Shown: in pieces, positions 18,328 to 27,598 of the stretch
Layout of the letters: every line of letters begins with the position of its first letter
Numbering within the stretch: the stretch's first letter is position 1
Origin: Candidatus Zixiibacteriota bacterium
Lineage (GTDB): Bacteria; Zixibacteria; MSB-5A5; GN15; JAAZOE01
Direction of reading: 5' to 3'
DNA: 64,000 nucleotides
NCBI GenBank assembly: GCA_023138975.1
Contig: JAGLON010000006.1
Location: 42,999-106,998 of the forward strand
The notes under the pieces: generated by a model
Told to the model about the DNA's origin: nothing
The model's database searches: none
The model's input: only the letters and a program-made list of their open reading frames with translations
Program-made: the position numbers and the translations under genes

Positions 18328-18412
18328 TTTAATTTATTGCTCCTATTGATTACTGAAGATATGATAAATCAACAACTTAGGTAGAGTAAAAACAGATTGT
18401 ATAATTTATAGG

Positions 18413-18442
18413 CAAAAAAAACCCCGGTCGTTTAGACCGGGG
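18413..18442 (-). terminator. Rho-independent terminator of cspA
   Basis: Perfect 8 bp stem ccccggtc / gaccgggg. The minus strand reads ccccggtctaaacgaccggggtttttttt. Confidence 0.85.
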
Positions 18443-18470
18443 TAAGTGGTTCTTATGTAGTTTTGTTCAA

Positions 18471-18674
18471 TTATAAGGGCTTGACGTTGGTGGCTTCAGG
18501 ACCCTTACGACCTTCGCCTACTTCAAACTCTACCTCTTGACCATCGGTCAAGGTGCGGTATCCATCACTAGTGATGTTGGAATGGTGAACAAATAAATCT
18601 TCGTTGCCGTCTTCGGGGGTTATGAAACCAAAGCCCTTTTCGGCGTTAAACCACTTTACTGTACCTTTACTCAC
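18471..18674 (-). CDS. cspA: Cold-shock protein (CspA family)
   Basis: (M)[31 protein letters not shown] carries the RNP1 and RNP2 motifs. Start revised to GTG 18674, 4 nt after AAGGAGAG. The 112 aa track ORF is an upstream extension. Confidence 0.9.
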   Translation of the reverse strand: MSKGTVKWFNAEKGFGFITPEDGNEDLFVHHSNITSDGYRTLTDGQEVEFEVGEGRKGPEATNVKPL

Positions 18675-18962
18675 GAATCTCTCCTTGGACCTAATAATAA
18701 TCAGATCCGGTCTTATTTCCCTCATCTTAAGGATGTTTCGTATGCCTTTGAGGGGGAAGGCGCACAACATGTTGATGACTGAACATACTAATAAATTTCG
18801 TTCCGTCAAGGGTTTATAACATGTTTTTCTTTAAAAAGATGCATTATCACTCAAAATAGTCTGTTTTTATACAGTTTTCTCTATAAAAAAGCTCTCTAAA
18901 ACAATTTTATTGCCGTAGGTATTACAAAGTAATATATTGTGCGAACGAAAAAGGATTAGTAT

Positions 18963-19244
18963 ATGAAAAAACACAAAACAGAAATCATCACCTTCAAGGT
19001 GGATGAGGCTGTGTCCGAAGCACTTAAAGAAATACCCAATAAATCAGAGTTTATTCGTTCAGCAGTAACGTCGGCGTTGGCCGCCACCTGCCCCCTGTGC
19101 CAGGGAGCCGGCTACTTGACCCCAAGCCAAAAAGAACACTGGGACAATTTCTCAAAAAAACATACAGTCAGTGAATGTCGTGACTGCCACGAAAAACATA
19201 TCATCTGCTCCGAAGCTGATAATTCAGAATTGGCAAACATATAA
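18963..19244 (+). CDS. Ribbon-helix-helix (CopG-like) protein with a C-terminal Cys cluster; candidate metal-responsive regulator of the znu operon
   Basis: The N-terminus IITFKVDEAVSEALKEIPNKSEFIRSAV shows an RHH pattern, followed by CPLCQGAG...CRDCHEKHIIC. Its stop overlaps the znuA ATG (TAATG, sharing nt 19244). Confidence 0.55.
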   Translation: MKKHKTEIITFKVDEAVSEALKEIPNKSEFIRSAVTSALAATCPLCQGAGYLTPSQKEHWDNFSKKHTVSECRDCHEKHIICSEADNSELANI

Positions 19245-20146
19245 TGAGATATAATCATTGGCGCAATATACAGACACTAATGCTGCTATTTTTTATAGCT
19301 CTACCCGGTCACATCTGGGCTGATGGAAAAGACACTTTAAAAATATCGGTCAGTATTTTACCTCAGAAATATTTTGTCGAGCAACTCTTTGAGCCGCCGC
19401 TTGATGTTCGAGTAATAATAGGACCGGGTCAGTCACCGGCGACATACGAACCCAGCCCAAAACAATTGGCAGAGTTTGGTAAATCCAGTCATTACTATAC
19501 GATAGGCGTTCCCTTTGAAAAACATTTAGTACAAAAACTACGAGCCTCTTTTCCTAAAATAGATATTAGCGATACTCAACATGGAATATTATTGCGGCAT
19601 ATAGAAGACCATTCCCACGCTGAGCATGAAGGGCACGATTGTTCAGCTGATAAAGAAACCCTTGACCCTCACTTGTGGCTCGATCCGATAATCGTTAAAA
19701 CGATTGCCCAAAATATGTCCAGCGGGTACAAGACCGGCAACGACGATACCAACGACAGCTATAAAACTATGCTCTCAGAGTTCTTAATAAAACTGGACAG
19801 ACTTGATGCCTACATATCTCGAACTCTCGCTCCCTTCAAGGGTCAAAAACTGTATGTCTTTCATCCGTCATTCGGGTATTTTTGCGACCGGTATCATCTC
19901 CTGCAGGTTGCTATCGAAACCGGAGGCAAAGAACCTTCGGCTCGTCAGTTAGCAGAATTAATTACCCAGGCCAAAAAAGAAAAAATAAAGACTATAATCA
20001 TCCAGAGCCAGTTTTCGAAAAAGACCGCCGAAGCCATCGCATCTGAAATCGGAGCTGAAGTAATTGCGCTTGATCCGTTGGCCTATGACTATATCAACAA
20101 CATGAAATATATGGCTGATACCATCGCCAAAGCTTTGAGTAAGTAA
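19244..20146 (+). CDS. znuA: Zinc/metal ABC transporter substrate-binding protein (ZnuA/TroA family)
   Basis: Signal peptide; a His/acid-rich loop HIEDHSHAEHEGHDCSADKE followed by DPHLWLDP; and the C-terminal QSQFS motif typical of cluster A-I binding proteins. Confidence 0.8.
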   Translation: MRYNHWRNIQTLMLLFFIALPGHIWADGKDTLKISVSILPQKYFVEQLFEPPLDVRVIIGPGQSPATYEPSPKQLAEFGKSSHYYTIGVPFEKHLVQKLRASFPKIDISDTQHGILLRHIEDHSHAEHEGHDCSADKETLDPHLWLDPIIVKTIAQNMSSGYKTGNDDTNDSYKTMLSEFLIKLDRLDAYISRTLAPFKGQKLYVFHPSFGYFCDRYHLLQVAIETGGKEPSARQLAELITQAKKEKIKTIIIQSQFSKKTAEAIASEIGAEVIALDPLAYDYINNMKYMADTIAKALSK

Positions 20147-20156
20147 TGGAGCAATC

Positions 20157-21005
20157 GTGAACGAAACAGCACAACCTATTCAATCGGTCGTCGTTATCGA
20201 AAACCTATCGTTTTCTTACAACGGCCGGCCGGCTTTGACCGATGTCACGGCCCATATCAATCATTGCGACTTCGTGAGTATCGTCGGGCCGAACGGCGGA
20301 GGTAAAACAACCCTGTTGAAGCTGATGCTCGGCCTGATATCCCCGGCCCGGGGCTCTATCAAGGTCTTTGGAAAATCTCCGGTAAAGGCTCGGCCCGAAG
20401 TCGGATATGTACCTCAGCATTTCCATTTCGATACACAATTCCCTATCACCGTAAAAGATGTCGTCCTCATGGGAAGATTGTGTAATGTCTCCTGTATTGG
20501 CAAATTTAAAGCCAGTGACAAAGCCATTGCGGCGCGAGTTTTGGAAGAAGTTGAGCTCAGCCATATCGCCAACCGCCCCTTTTCAGATCTGTCCGGGGGA
20601 CAGCGTCAACGAGTTTTAATTGCCCGGGCTCTCGCCACCGAACCAAAAATGCTGCTATTGGATGAACCTACTGCCCATGTCGATATCGCCGCTCAAAAAG
20701 ACCTCTATGATTTTCTGGAGCAGTTAAACAAGAAACTAACGGTTGTTATGGTCACCCACGATATCGGATTCGTCGCACCGTTTATTACCTCGGTCTTATG
20801 CGTTAATAATACCGTCGCCATGCACCCGACTCGGCAGATCACTGGTCAGATAATTTCCGAGCTATATGGCCATGAGGTGCAATTCGTCAGCCATGATGAT
20901 TCCGCCTGTCCCCATCCATCCAATTGCGAGCATTGCCAGAGCCTCCAACGGGAAATCGACATTGCCTCAAAAAGAGACACAGAGACCGGAGGCGATCATG
21001 CTTGA
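20157..21005 (+). CDS. znuC: Metal ABC transporter ATP-binding protein with a Cys/His-rich C-terminal tail
   Basis: Walker A GPNGGGKTT, signature LSGGQRQR, Walker B LLLDEPTAHVD. The extra tail reads HDDSACPHPSNCEHCQSLQ. Confidence 0.85.
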   Translation: MNETAQPIQSVVVIENLSFSYNGRPALTDVTAHINHCDFVSIVGPNGGGKTTLLKLMLGLISPARGSIKVFGKSPVKARPEVGYVPQHFHFDTQFPITVKDVVLMGRLCNVSCIGKFKASDKAIAARVLEEVELSHIANRPFSDLSGGQRQRVLIARALATEPKMLLLDEPTAHVDIAAQKDLYDFLEQLNKKLTVVMVTHDIGFVAPFITSVLCVNNTVAMHPTRQITGQIISELYGHEVQFVSHDDSACPHPSNCEHCQSLQREIDIASKRDTETGGDHA

Positions 21006-21855
21006 GTTTTTTGAAGCTCTCGGCAGTTTTCGTTTTCTTCAATATGCTCTGATTACCGGCCTGCTAGCCTCGATAGCCTGCGGTGTCGTCGGAAGCTATG
21101 TCGTTACCCGGCGCATCAGCTATGTCGCCGGAGCCATCGCTCACTTTATCCTCGGAGGTATGGGCGCGGCCAAGTACCTCAATATCGTTCACGGCTGGAC
21201 TTGGCTGGAACCACTGCATGGAGCGATAATATCCGCCTTTGCGGCGGCGTTGATTATCGGTCTGGTGAGCATTAAAGGAAAACAGCGCGAGGATACGATT
21301 ATCGGAGCGTTATGGGCCATAGGTATGGCTGCCGGTATCCTCTTCATATCGCAAACCCCCGGCTACAACGAAGACCTCATGAGTTATCTGTTCGGCAATA
21401 TCCTCATGGTCACGACCCAGGATATCTGGCTTATCGCCGCTCTTGATGTCGCTGTCATTACTATTGCCATTTTGTTTTATAATCAGCTTCTGGCCGTTTG
21501 CTTTGACGAGGAATTTGCCCGTCTGCGTGGCATCAACGTCGAATTGTACTATTTGCTTCTCCTGATTCTGACCGCCATGACGGTTGTCTTGCTGGTCACT
21601 GTAGTCGGGATAATACTGGTCATTGCCCTAATGACTCTCCCAGCGGCAATTGCCGGACATTTTACCAAATCTCTCGGCAAGATGATGATTCTCGCATCGG
21701 GGTTGAGCCTGCTATTTACGACTTCGGGATTGGCTCTGAGCTATGGCCCCAATCTACCCGCCGGAGCAACAATAATAATCGTCGCCGGAGTGACCTATGT
21801 CGTAACAATGATATTTAAAGGAGTAAAAACCAGAAACCGTATCGTCAATAAATAA
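20998..21855 (+). CDS. znuB: Metal ABC transporter permease
   Basis: Start moved to ATG 20998 (MLEFFEALGSFRFLQYALITG), overlapping the znuC stop (ATGCTTGA). It is a polytopic ABC-3 type permease. The upstream part of the track ORF lies in frame 3 of znuC. Confidence 0.85.
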   Translation: MLEFFEALGSFRFLQYALITGLLASIACGVVGSYVVTRRISYVAGAIAHFILGGMGAAKYLNIVHGWTWLEPLHGAIISAFAAALIIGLVSIKGKQREDTIIGALWAIGMAAGILFISQTPGYNEDLMSYLFGNILMVTTQDIWLIAALDVAVITIAILFYNQLLAVCFDEEFARLRGINVELYYLLLLILTAMTVVLLVTVVGIILVIALMTLPAAIAGHFTKSLGKMMILASGLSLLFTTSGLALSYGPNLPAGATIIIVAGVTYVVTMIFKGVKTRNRIVNK

Positions 21856-21858
21856 CTA

Positions 21859-22977
21859 TTACTCAGATGAAGTAGCTTGCTCTTCTTCGTCGCTCTCGTT
21901 TTCACCGTTTTCGGTCAGGCGCAGGCGGAAGACGTCAAACATCGTCACAAATACCGCCGCGATAAACGGGCCGAGCACAATCCCCAACAAGCCAAAAACA
22001 TAGATGCCGCCCAAGATCGAAATAAACAACAGCATCGTGTGCATTCCGGTCTTACCCGACACCAGCATTGGGCGCAAAAAATTATCAATCTGACTAACGA
22101 TAAACGTACCGATAACAATTAACAGCACACCTTTAACGGTCGAACCGGTGAAAATCAAAATCAACCCAGCCGGAATATATATCATCGATGGCCCTACAAT
22201 GGGGATAAAGGCGAGAAACGCCATGAATACACCCCAGAGAACCGGCGACTGAAGCCCCATGATTAAAAACATCACTCCGCCGATAAATCCTTGCAAGATA
22301 GAAATAACAACTCCGCCATACATAGTCCCTTCAATAACTTTGCGCATATGGCGCAGGGTCTTCCTGGATTTTTCGCTGTCGGCCGGAACCGTTTCCATAA
22401 TTTGATTAAACAGCTTTTCGCCATCACGGAAAAAGTAAAACATGAAAAATACCATTAAAGAGAAATCGATAATCACTTTTCCGGTATTAGTCAATACGTT
22501 GGTTGTCTGAACCAAAGCTAGATGGGAAACGGACTGTAACCCCTTTTCGACAATAACCCGTAAATCCAGCTGAGACAAATCCACATACGGCGCGAGTTTA
22601 TTTTGAACCATTAAATAAAACGTGGAATTTTTTATATTGATTATCTCATCAAGCTTACCCTGATCAAGAGATTCTTTGAAATAGTCAAAAAGAGACATAG
22701 CCTCCTGAGCCAGAGAAACTCCAAGATATACTGCCGGACCAATAATTAGCAGAACTATCAAGAGCGTGAATAGAAGCGAACGCAGGTTAGGCGACTTGAT
22801 ATACTTATCCGCTTTTTGATAGAGAGGGTAAAAAATCACGACAAAAATAGCCGACCAGCACAGAGGTATTAGAAACGGGGCCAAAATTCTATAAAAGAGA
22901 TACAGAGCCAGAACTATAAAACTGAATAGAACGGTTAATAGAATATGTTCTTTTTTTAAAATATACTGCTTCGCCAT
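21859..22977 (-). CDS. AI-2E (PerM/YhhT) family transporter
   Basis: Polytopic protein with the conserved C-terminal half (VISILQGFIGGVMFLIMGLQSPVLWGVFMAFLAFIPIVGP). The start is uncertain: ATG 22977 is preferred over GTG 23037. Confidence 0.75.
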   Translation of the reverse strand: MAKQYILKKEHILLTVLFSFIVLALYLFYRILAPFLIPLCWSAIFVVIFYPLYQKADKYIKSPNLRSLLFTLLIVLLIIGPAVYLGVSLAQEAMSLFDYFKESLDQGKLDEIINIKNSTFYLMVQNKLAPYVDLSQLDLRVIVEKGLQSVSHLALVQTTNVLTNTGKVIIDFSLMVFFMFYFFRDGEKLFNQIMETVPADSEKSRKTLRHMRKVIEGTMYGGVVISILQGFIGGVMFLIMGLQSPVLWGVFMAFLAFIPIVGPSMIYIPAGLILIFTGSTVKGVLLIVIGTFIVSQIDNFLRPMLVSGKTGMHTMLLFISILGGIYVFGLLGIVLGPFIAAVFVTMFDVFRLRLTENGENESDEEEQATSSE

Positions 22978-23071
22978 AATAACACCGGTATAAATTATAA
23001 TACTATAGTATTCGGCCGGAAAGGACTCGTTCGTCACCTTCCTGAGATAAGAAATTCAAAGATGATAATAC

Positions 23072-23566
23072 TTATTTGGTGTCGGAGCCGTCGTCCGGTT
23101 TTGATTCAGCCTTTTTCTCAATTGCTTCCAGCTCAGCGGGATCGATTATTATTCGTGGTTGCTTAATACCCAGATAACGCTGATACCAGGTCCAATTTTT
23201 CCGCTCCTCCTTGAGCTTTTTCTTATATAGTTTTTCTTTTTTATATGATATGGCGTCATACCGTTCGATTTTCTGTAATAAATTTTCCATGTTTTCCCGG
23301 CGTTCCATGGCGCGACGGAAAACGTCATAATCCTTGATAACAAATACAGATTGCACAATTGGCTCAAAAAATACCATCGCTTGAGCACCGATATAATTGA
23401 CAGGCTTAACAGACTCCAGAAAAATAATAGCCGGGACAGCCATATGTCGGTCGACCACTTTTTTTGCCACTTTCTCCAGGATAGCATCTTCATCAGCCGG
23501 GATTTTGCCCGGCTCATTTTTATCAGCGCTGCCGGTATCTGTAAAAAAATCTCTAAAAATGCTCAC
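23072..23566 (-). CDS. Hypothetical protein (charged, helical C-terminus)
   Basis: 164 aa. Its GTG start overlaps the upstream stop (GTGA). It is the last gene of a three-gene set of uncharacterised proteins. Confidence 0.55.
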   Translation of the reverse strand: MSIFRDFFTDTGSADKNEPGKIPADEDAILEKVAKKVVDRHMAVPAIIFLESVKPVNYIGAQAMVFFEPIVQSVFVIKDYDVFRRAMERRENMENLLQKIERYDAISYKKEKLYKKKLKEERKNWTWYQRYLGIKQPRIIIDPAELEAIEKKAESKPDDGSDTK

Positions 23567-24030
23567 TCGTCATCCTCAAAATCTATTTTTGACTCAACTA
23601 ATTTCATGACTTCGTCCCGGTTGTCGGCAAATTTAATAAATATCCCGCGAAAATTCTCCATGCGCGTTGGCCGTCCAAAGGGCGACAATAACACCCCGTT
23701 CTTATCAGGATAATAAGATCGAAACAATGACCAATCCTTGCGCAGCGCCTGAGTTGTCGTTTTTATGATAATATGGTCCTCATAAAAACTATACCGTGTC
23801 GGAAAATAAAACCCGGTTAATGCTCCAAAGAGGATCATCCCCCCCAAAATTGTCATAAAGGGGGAATACGTAATAAAATAAGTTAGCAGAATGCAAACAA
23901 TAATTACACCCGTTACCAGCATAGTTATCTTCCGGTTCTTTTTAGCCGGATGGCAAAGATACTCCAGGATCGGCTCAACCCGAACCTCGCCTGTACCCTT
24001 AGCCATTTTTTTTTCGTCTTCAGAACTCAT
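23563..24030 (-). CDS. Two-TM hypothetical membrane protein with a small cytoplasmic beta-rich domain
   Basis: 155 aa with a hydrophobic hairpin (ITMLVTGVIIVCILLTYFITYSPFMTILGGMILFGALTGFYF), then a possibly PH-like soluble domain. Confidence 0.55.
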   Translation of the reverse strand: MSSEDEKKMAKGTGEVRVEPILEYLCHPAKKNRKITMLVTGVIIVCILLTYFITYSPFMTILGGMILFGALTGFYFPTRYSFYEDHIIIKTTTQALRKDWSLFRSYYPDKNGVLLSPFGRPTRMENFRGIFIKFADNRDEVMKLVESKIDFEDDE

Positions 24031-24041
24031 AACCTACTGCA

Positions 24042-24269
24042 CTAATTAACGCTTTGAGACGGAGGTTCATGACGGAAACGCTCTTTGCGGATTTTCTGCA
24101 TATACTCCATCAACTCTTTGGGGTCGATTATTTTCTTCTCTACCAATAAATTGACCAACGCCTCTTGAGCCAGGTTATTAGACAACGTTAGCTCTTCAAA
24201 GGTTATTTCCCGCTCCTTGCCGTCGATGACGATTTTCAGAGTCGGCTTTACTTTTGGCTTATCTGACAT
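24042..24269 (-). CDS. Small hypothetical protein
   Basis: 75 aa ORF, 11 nt upstream of the next gene on the same strand. Confidence 0.45.
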   Translation of the reverse strand: MSDKPKVKPTLKIVIDGKEREITFEELTLSNNLAQEALVNLLVEKKIIDPKELMEYMQKIRKERFRHEPPSQSVN

Positions 24270-24430
24270 TCTATATCCTTCCAGTTTTCCGGTAATTCAT
24301 ATCTTTTGTTATAATAGACGATGAACTACCCGCAAATATTCAGCCTATAATTATACACAAATTTTCAGCAATATTCAACTATCTTACAATAAACAATTAG
24401 GAATTTTAATAACTTGGAACATACTGACTA

Positions 24431-25660
24431 TCACTGCTTTTTCAATCTTGCGGAAATTACTTTCCTCCATTTAGCCGGATGGGTCTTGGCGATTTTAATC
24501 TTAGGACATTTGTTAAAAACGGCAAACTCTATCAGCTTTTTCGCGAATTCCACAATAAAAGCATCATCGGGTGTAAACCAATCTTCCAAATACAAACTGT
24601 GAACCAGTAAAGTTTTTTCTTTCCGGTCGGCTTTGGAATCGAAACGACCAACGATATGCTCACCCCAAAGAATAGGCAGCACAAAATAACCGTACTTTCG
24701 TTTTGGCTTCGGAACATAGCATTCAATGGTATAATCAAAATCAAAGAGTCGTTTTGTGCGCCCTCTTTGAATAATCAAATTATCAAAAGGTGACAGAAAA
24801 CTGATACCCGGTTTTTTCACTCTTAATCTGGACAATCCGTCTAAAGAGTCAGTTAGAGCAAAGTCTTTCGTTCTGCCTTTATTGCCGACGGCAATGGAGG
24901 AGATTTCACCAGAGGCTATCATACCTGCTATCGCGTCCTCATAAACAATTTTTTTGTATCCGAAAATATGATTGCGGATTTCAGCCTCGGTTGCGACGCC
25001 ATAGGCATTTAGGGCACGAGCCACAAGAAATCGGCCCTGCTCCTCATCGGTTGGCTCTGAGATATCAACATCGTCGGGTAAAACCCGCTCGGTCAAATCA
25101 TACCGCCGTTGGAATTTTCTCCGCCCGGTAATCATCAACTCACCGCTCCAGAATAACAGCTCCAGAGCGACTTTGGCTGGGCGCCAGTTCCACCAGGCTC
25201 CCCGCTTGACATTATCGGGAGGTTTGAAATCTTTTGACCCCAGTGGTCCCTCATTTTTTATTCTTTCCAGGACCGGCTGCATCAAATGCCCACACTTTTC
25301 ATAACGCTGCTTTACCCATTTACCATGAGGGTCAGTGAACCCCTTCATCCGTTTGATATAATAACGATAATCGTCGATTGGCAAATAAGAAGCGGCATGT
25401 CCCCAGTACTCAAAAATCCGGCGGTCAATCGATTGGAGTTCATCCAAATATTCCGGCCGATAATCCCGGCGTCGATTCCATAATGTATGATGGTGGGCTC
25501 GTTCTATTACGGCAATGGTATCTATCTGGATATAACCGAGTTTCTCTATCGTTTGGGCAATGCCCTCTTTACCTTTAGGAAGTTTCGTCCGTCCGTCGAG
25601 CATCTGGGCATTTAGAGCAATTCTTCGCGCCTGAGCTATCGATATATTTTCAGTTTTCAT
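24431..25660 (-). CDS. YcaQ/AlkZ-like winged-helix DNA glycosylase (interstrand-crosslink repair family)
   Basis: ISIAQARRIALNAQMLDG..., LGYIQIDTIAVIERAHHHTLWNRR and YGYFVLPIL resemble the YcaQ (DUF1006) family. Confidence 0.7.
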   Translation of the reverse strand: MKTENISIAQARRIALNAQMLDGRTKLPKGKEGIAQTIEKLGYIQIDTIAVIERAHHHTLWNRRRDYRPEYLDELQSIDRRIFEYWGHAASYLPIDDYRYYIKRMKGFTDPHGKWVKQRYEKCGHLMQPVLERIKNEGPLGSKDFKPPDNVKRGAWWNWRPAKVALELLFWSGELMITGRRKFQRRYDLTERVLPDDVDISEPTDEEQGRFLVARALNAYGVATEAEIRNHIFGYKKIVYEDAIAGMIASGEISSIAVGNKGRTKDFALTDSLDGLSRLRVKKPGISFLSPFDNLIIQRGRTKRLFDFDYTIECYVPKPKRKYGYFVLPILWGEHIVGRFDSKADRKEKTLLVHSLYLEDWFTPDDAFIVEFAKKLIEFAVFNKCPKIKIAKTHPAKWRKVISARLKKQ

Positions 25661-25702
25661 TCAGGTAAAAAAAGGAACGAGTTTTAAATAAGCTATCACA
25701 AA

Positions 25703-26404
25703 TTAAAAATTATAGACTATCCGAAACCCGGCCTCCCGTTCAGGTAATAACTCCAGAGATAGGTTTTTAGCTTCTTCAGCCTTATCCGCCGGTTCGGGGA
25801 AATCCTGCAGGTGAGCGTCAACATAGGCGTCTATCATCGATAGAAACATAATAATGGCCGTGTACCAAATATTTGTATTTCTATTGTCTCTATCATCAGT
25901 GTACTGTTGAAAGGCGAGAGTCTTGGCCGAGATACTGTCATCGGAAATCGATTTCCATATTTTTCGCGAATCCCCGGCTTTGATTCCATAATCAACCGTC
26001 TTGTAAATAAAATATGATTCAACCGCGAATATTACGCCCGATTTAATCCGCTTTCTATTGGAATACTGTCCCCATCCGGGAAAGACTACTGACTTGAGCA
26101 TCGTCATTGACGGTGAGCGTTTCGGTGGCGGATTATAGTTTTCGGAAAGGTATGTCTTGATTACCATTCTATCGGCATCGCCTGTATATGTCGTTGGCGT
26201 CAGGATTACCGTATCTGGAGGAAAAATCGCAGGTTTGCTTTCAGCCGTTATGGAGTCATTTGAAACTGAATCAGGTAATAAAGTGTTATCAAGCACCGGA
26301 ATATTGGGCTGGGTAGAGTCGGAGATATCGGCCTGAGAGTGACTAGAGAGAAAACAGAATAGTAAAAACGCAAGTAGCCAGATATTCGCGCTTTTCATTT
26401 TCAT
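25703..26404 (-). CDS. DUF5683-like secreted/membrane protein
   Basis: Signal peptide, then SVVFPGWGQYSNRKRIKSGVIFAVESYFIYKTVDY, which resembles the DUF5683 core common in FCB-group bacteria. Confidence 0.5.
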   Translation of the reverse strand: MKMKSANIWLLAFLLFCFLSSHSQADISDSTQPNIPVLDNTLLPDSVSNDSITAESKPAIFPPDTVILTPTTYTGDADRMVIKTYLSENYNPPPKRSPSMTMLKSVVFPGWGQYSNRKRIKSGVIFAVESYFIYKTVDYGIKAGDSRKIWKSISDDSISAKTLAFQQYTDDRDNRNTNIWYTAIIMFLSMIDAYVDAHLQDFPEPADKAEEAKNLSLELLPEREAGFRIVYNF

Positions 26405-27384
26405 TTTTTCTTTGAAGCGTTGGCAAAGACTCTGAGAGCTTTATGCTGTACTTCAATCGTTAACTCGTTTCCGGTGAACTCGACCGGTTCCGAATCAATC
26501 TGCCAGGTACGCCCCTCGATCGGAGAAATATTGATACGATGCCCCCGAATCATCTGAATCCCTTCGTTATACTGGTACTTATCCTTCTTAAGCTCCTTGA
26601 CATACTTCGATATCATCTCCCGGGTACCGTCTTTATCGTAAACCAAAACTATTCTTCCATCATCGGGTGCGGCCACTGGAGCCATATCAAGCGTCATCAG
26701 GCGGGACAGTAAATGCACGTTGAGCATTAACGGCTGTGATTCTATAGTGTATGTATCAACCTTTATAGTGCTCGTTCGCGGAATCGTATCATCAGAAGCT
26801 TTTCCGGCAATTTTGCCCCAGGTCATCGCCATTTTCGGGAGAGTCTTATCACCCATTTTCTCAAGCATGGCGGGAACAACCCCAGATATAAGATGACCAA
26901 GAAAAAATGTGCCGTTAGCCAGTCCAGTATCAATCTTCGTTTGATACCCTTCCTTGATAATCGACAACGCCAATTCCGGGTCAGTATGCCCATACAATGA
27001 GTGAAAAATATTGTTGAATTGACCACAGGGAACGATACCCATCAACCGTTTGGCACGGTGAATCCGATTACCTGCCATACGAACCGAGCCGTCACCGCCA
27101 AAAACAACCACAGCATACGGACGTTTACGAATCGCTCCGGCAACCTGCTTTTCAAATCCGTCCCAATCATCGGCCGTTTCAAGATAGCAATCCCAACCGG
27201 CTCGCCGAAGTCGCCGTTTCATCCTATCAGCCAACTTAGTTGTTTCTTCGATATTATTCCAGCATTCAGCGTAATTGACAACGAGACAATATGCTCGTTT
27301 TCTTCGAGCCGGAGATTTTCTCGTCGGGCCTTTGCGTGGCCTGCCGCTTGGCCTACTACTTGTTGGTTTCTTTGTCTGTCTCAT
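26401..27384 (-). CDS. Diacylglycerol/lipid kinase-like protein (DAGK catalytic domain)
   Basis: VVVFGGDGSV and GIVPCGQFNNIFHSL match the GGDGT / P.GT.N motifs. The N-terminus is a very basic tail, and the gene overlaps the downstream gene by ATGA. Confidence 0.6.
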   Translation of the reverse strand: MRQTKKPTSSRPSGRPRKGPTRKSPARRKRAYCLVVNYAECWNNIEETTKLADRMKRRLRRAGWDCYLETADDWDGFEKQVAGAIRKRPYAVVVFGGDGSVRMAGNRIHRAKRLMGIVPCGQFNNIFHSLYGHTDPELALSIIKEGYQTKIDTGLANGTFFLGHLISGVVPAMLEKMGDKTLPKMAMTWGKIAGKASDDTIPRTSTIKVDTYTIESQPLMLNVHLLSRLMTLDMAPVAAPDDGRIVLVYDKDGTREMISKYVKELKKDKYQYNEGIQMIRGHRINISPIEGRTWQIDSEPVEFTGNELTIEVQHKALRVFANASKKK

Positions 27385-27598
27385 AAATTAACAACCAAAT
27401 CAGGTTTTACTTGTTGGGCTAATAAGCCTTTCAATTCATTATACATACCGGTGCGAAATATTTTCCAACAATCCGCCTTTTAATCAATTCTCTTACAAAA
27501 GATTTGCTCTTAGGGTCGATAATATAGTATATATAATAGCTAACGGGTAGTAAAAAGGACGATAAGCCCGTACCAAAAAAGGGAATTAGTTTCTATTT

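Noticed and set aside
18675-18809. N-terminal extension of cspA to 112 aa.
   Set aside because: Csp proteins are about 67 aa. A GTG preceded by AAGGAGAG gives exactly the canonical (M)SKGTVKWFN start.
20866-20997. N-terminal 44 aa extension of znuB in the ORF track.
   Set aside because: It overlaps the 3' end of znuC in another frame. The ATG at 20998 gives the canonical coupled start (ATGCTTGA) and a typical permease N-terminus.
23149-23517. 122 aa alternative-frame ORF on the minus strand.
   Set aside because: It is nested within the longer 164 aa ORF, which is translationally coupled to the upstream gene. The alternative frame gives a W/K/S-rich, improbable sequence.
27001-27483. 160 aa plus-strand ORF.
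   Set aside because: It lies antisense to the DAGK-like gene, which has clear GGDG / P.G..N motifs. It is likely a shadow ORF.
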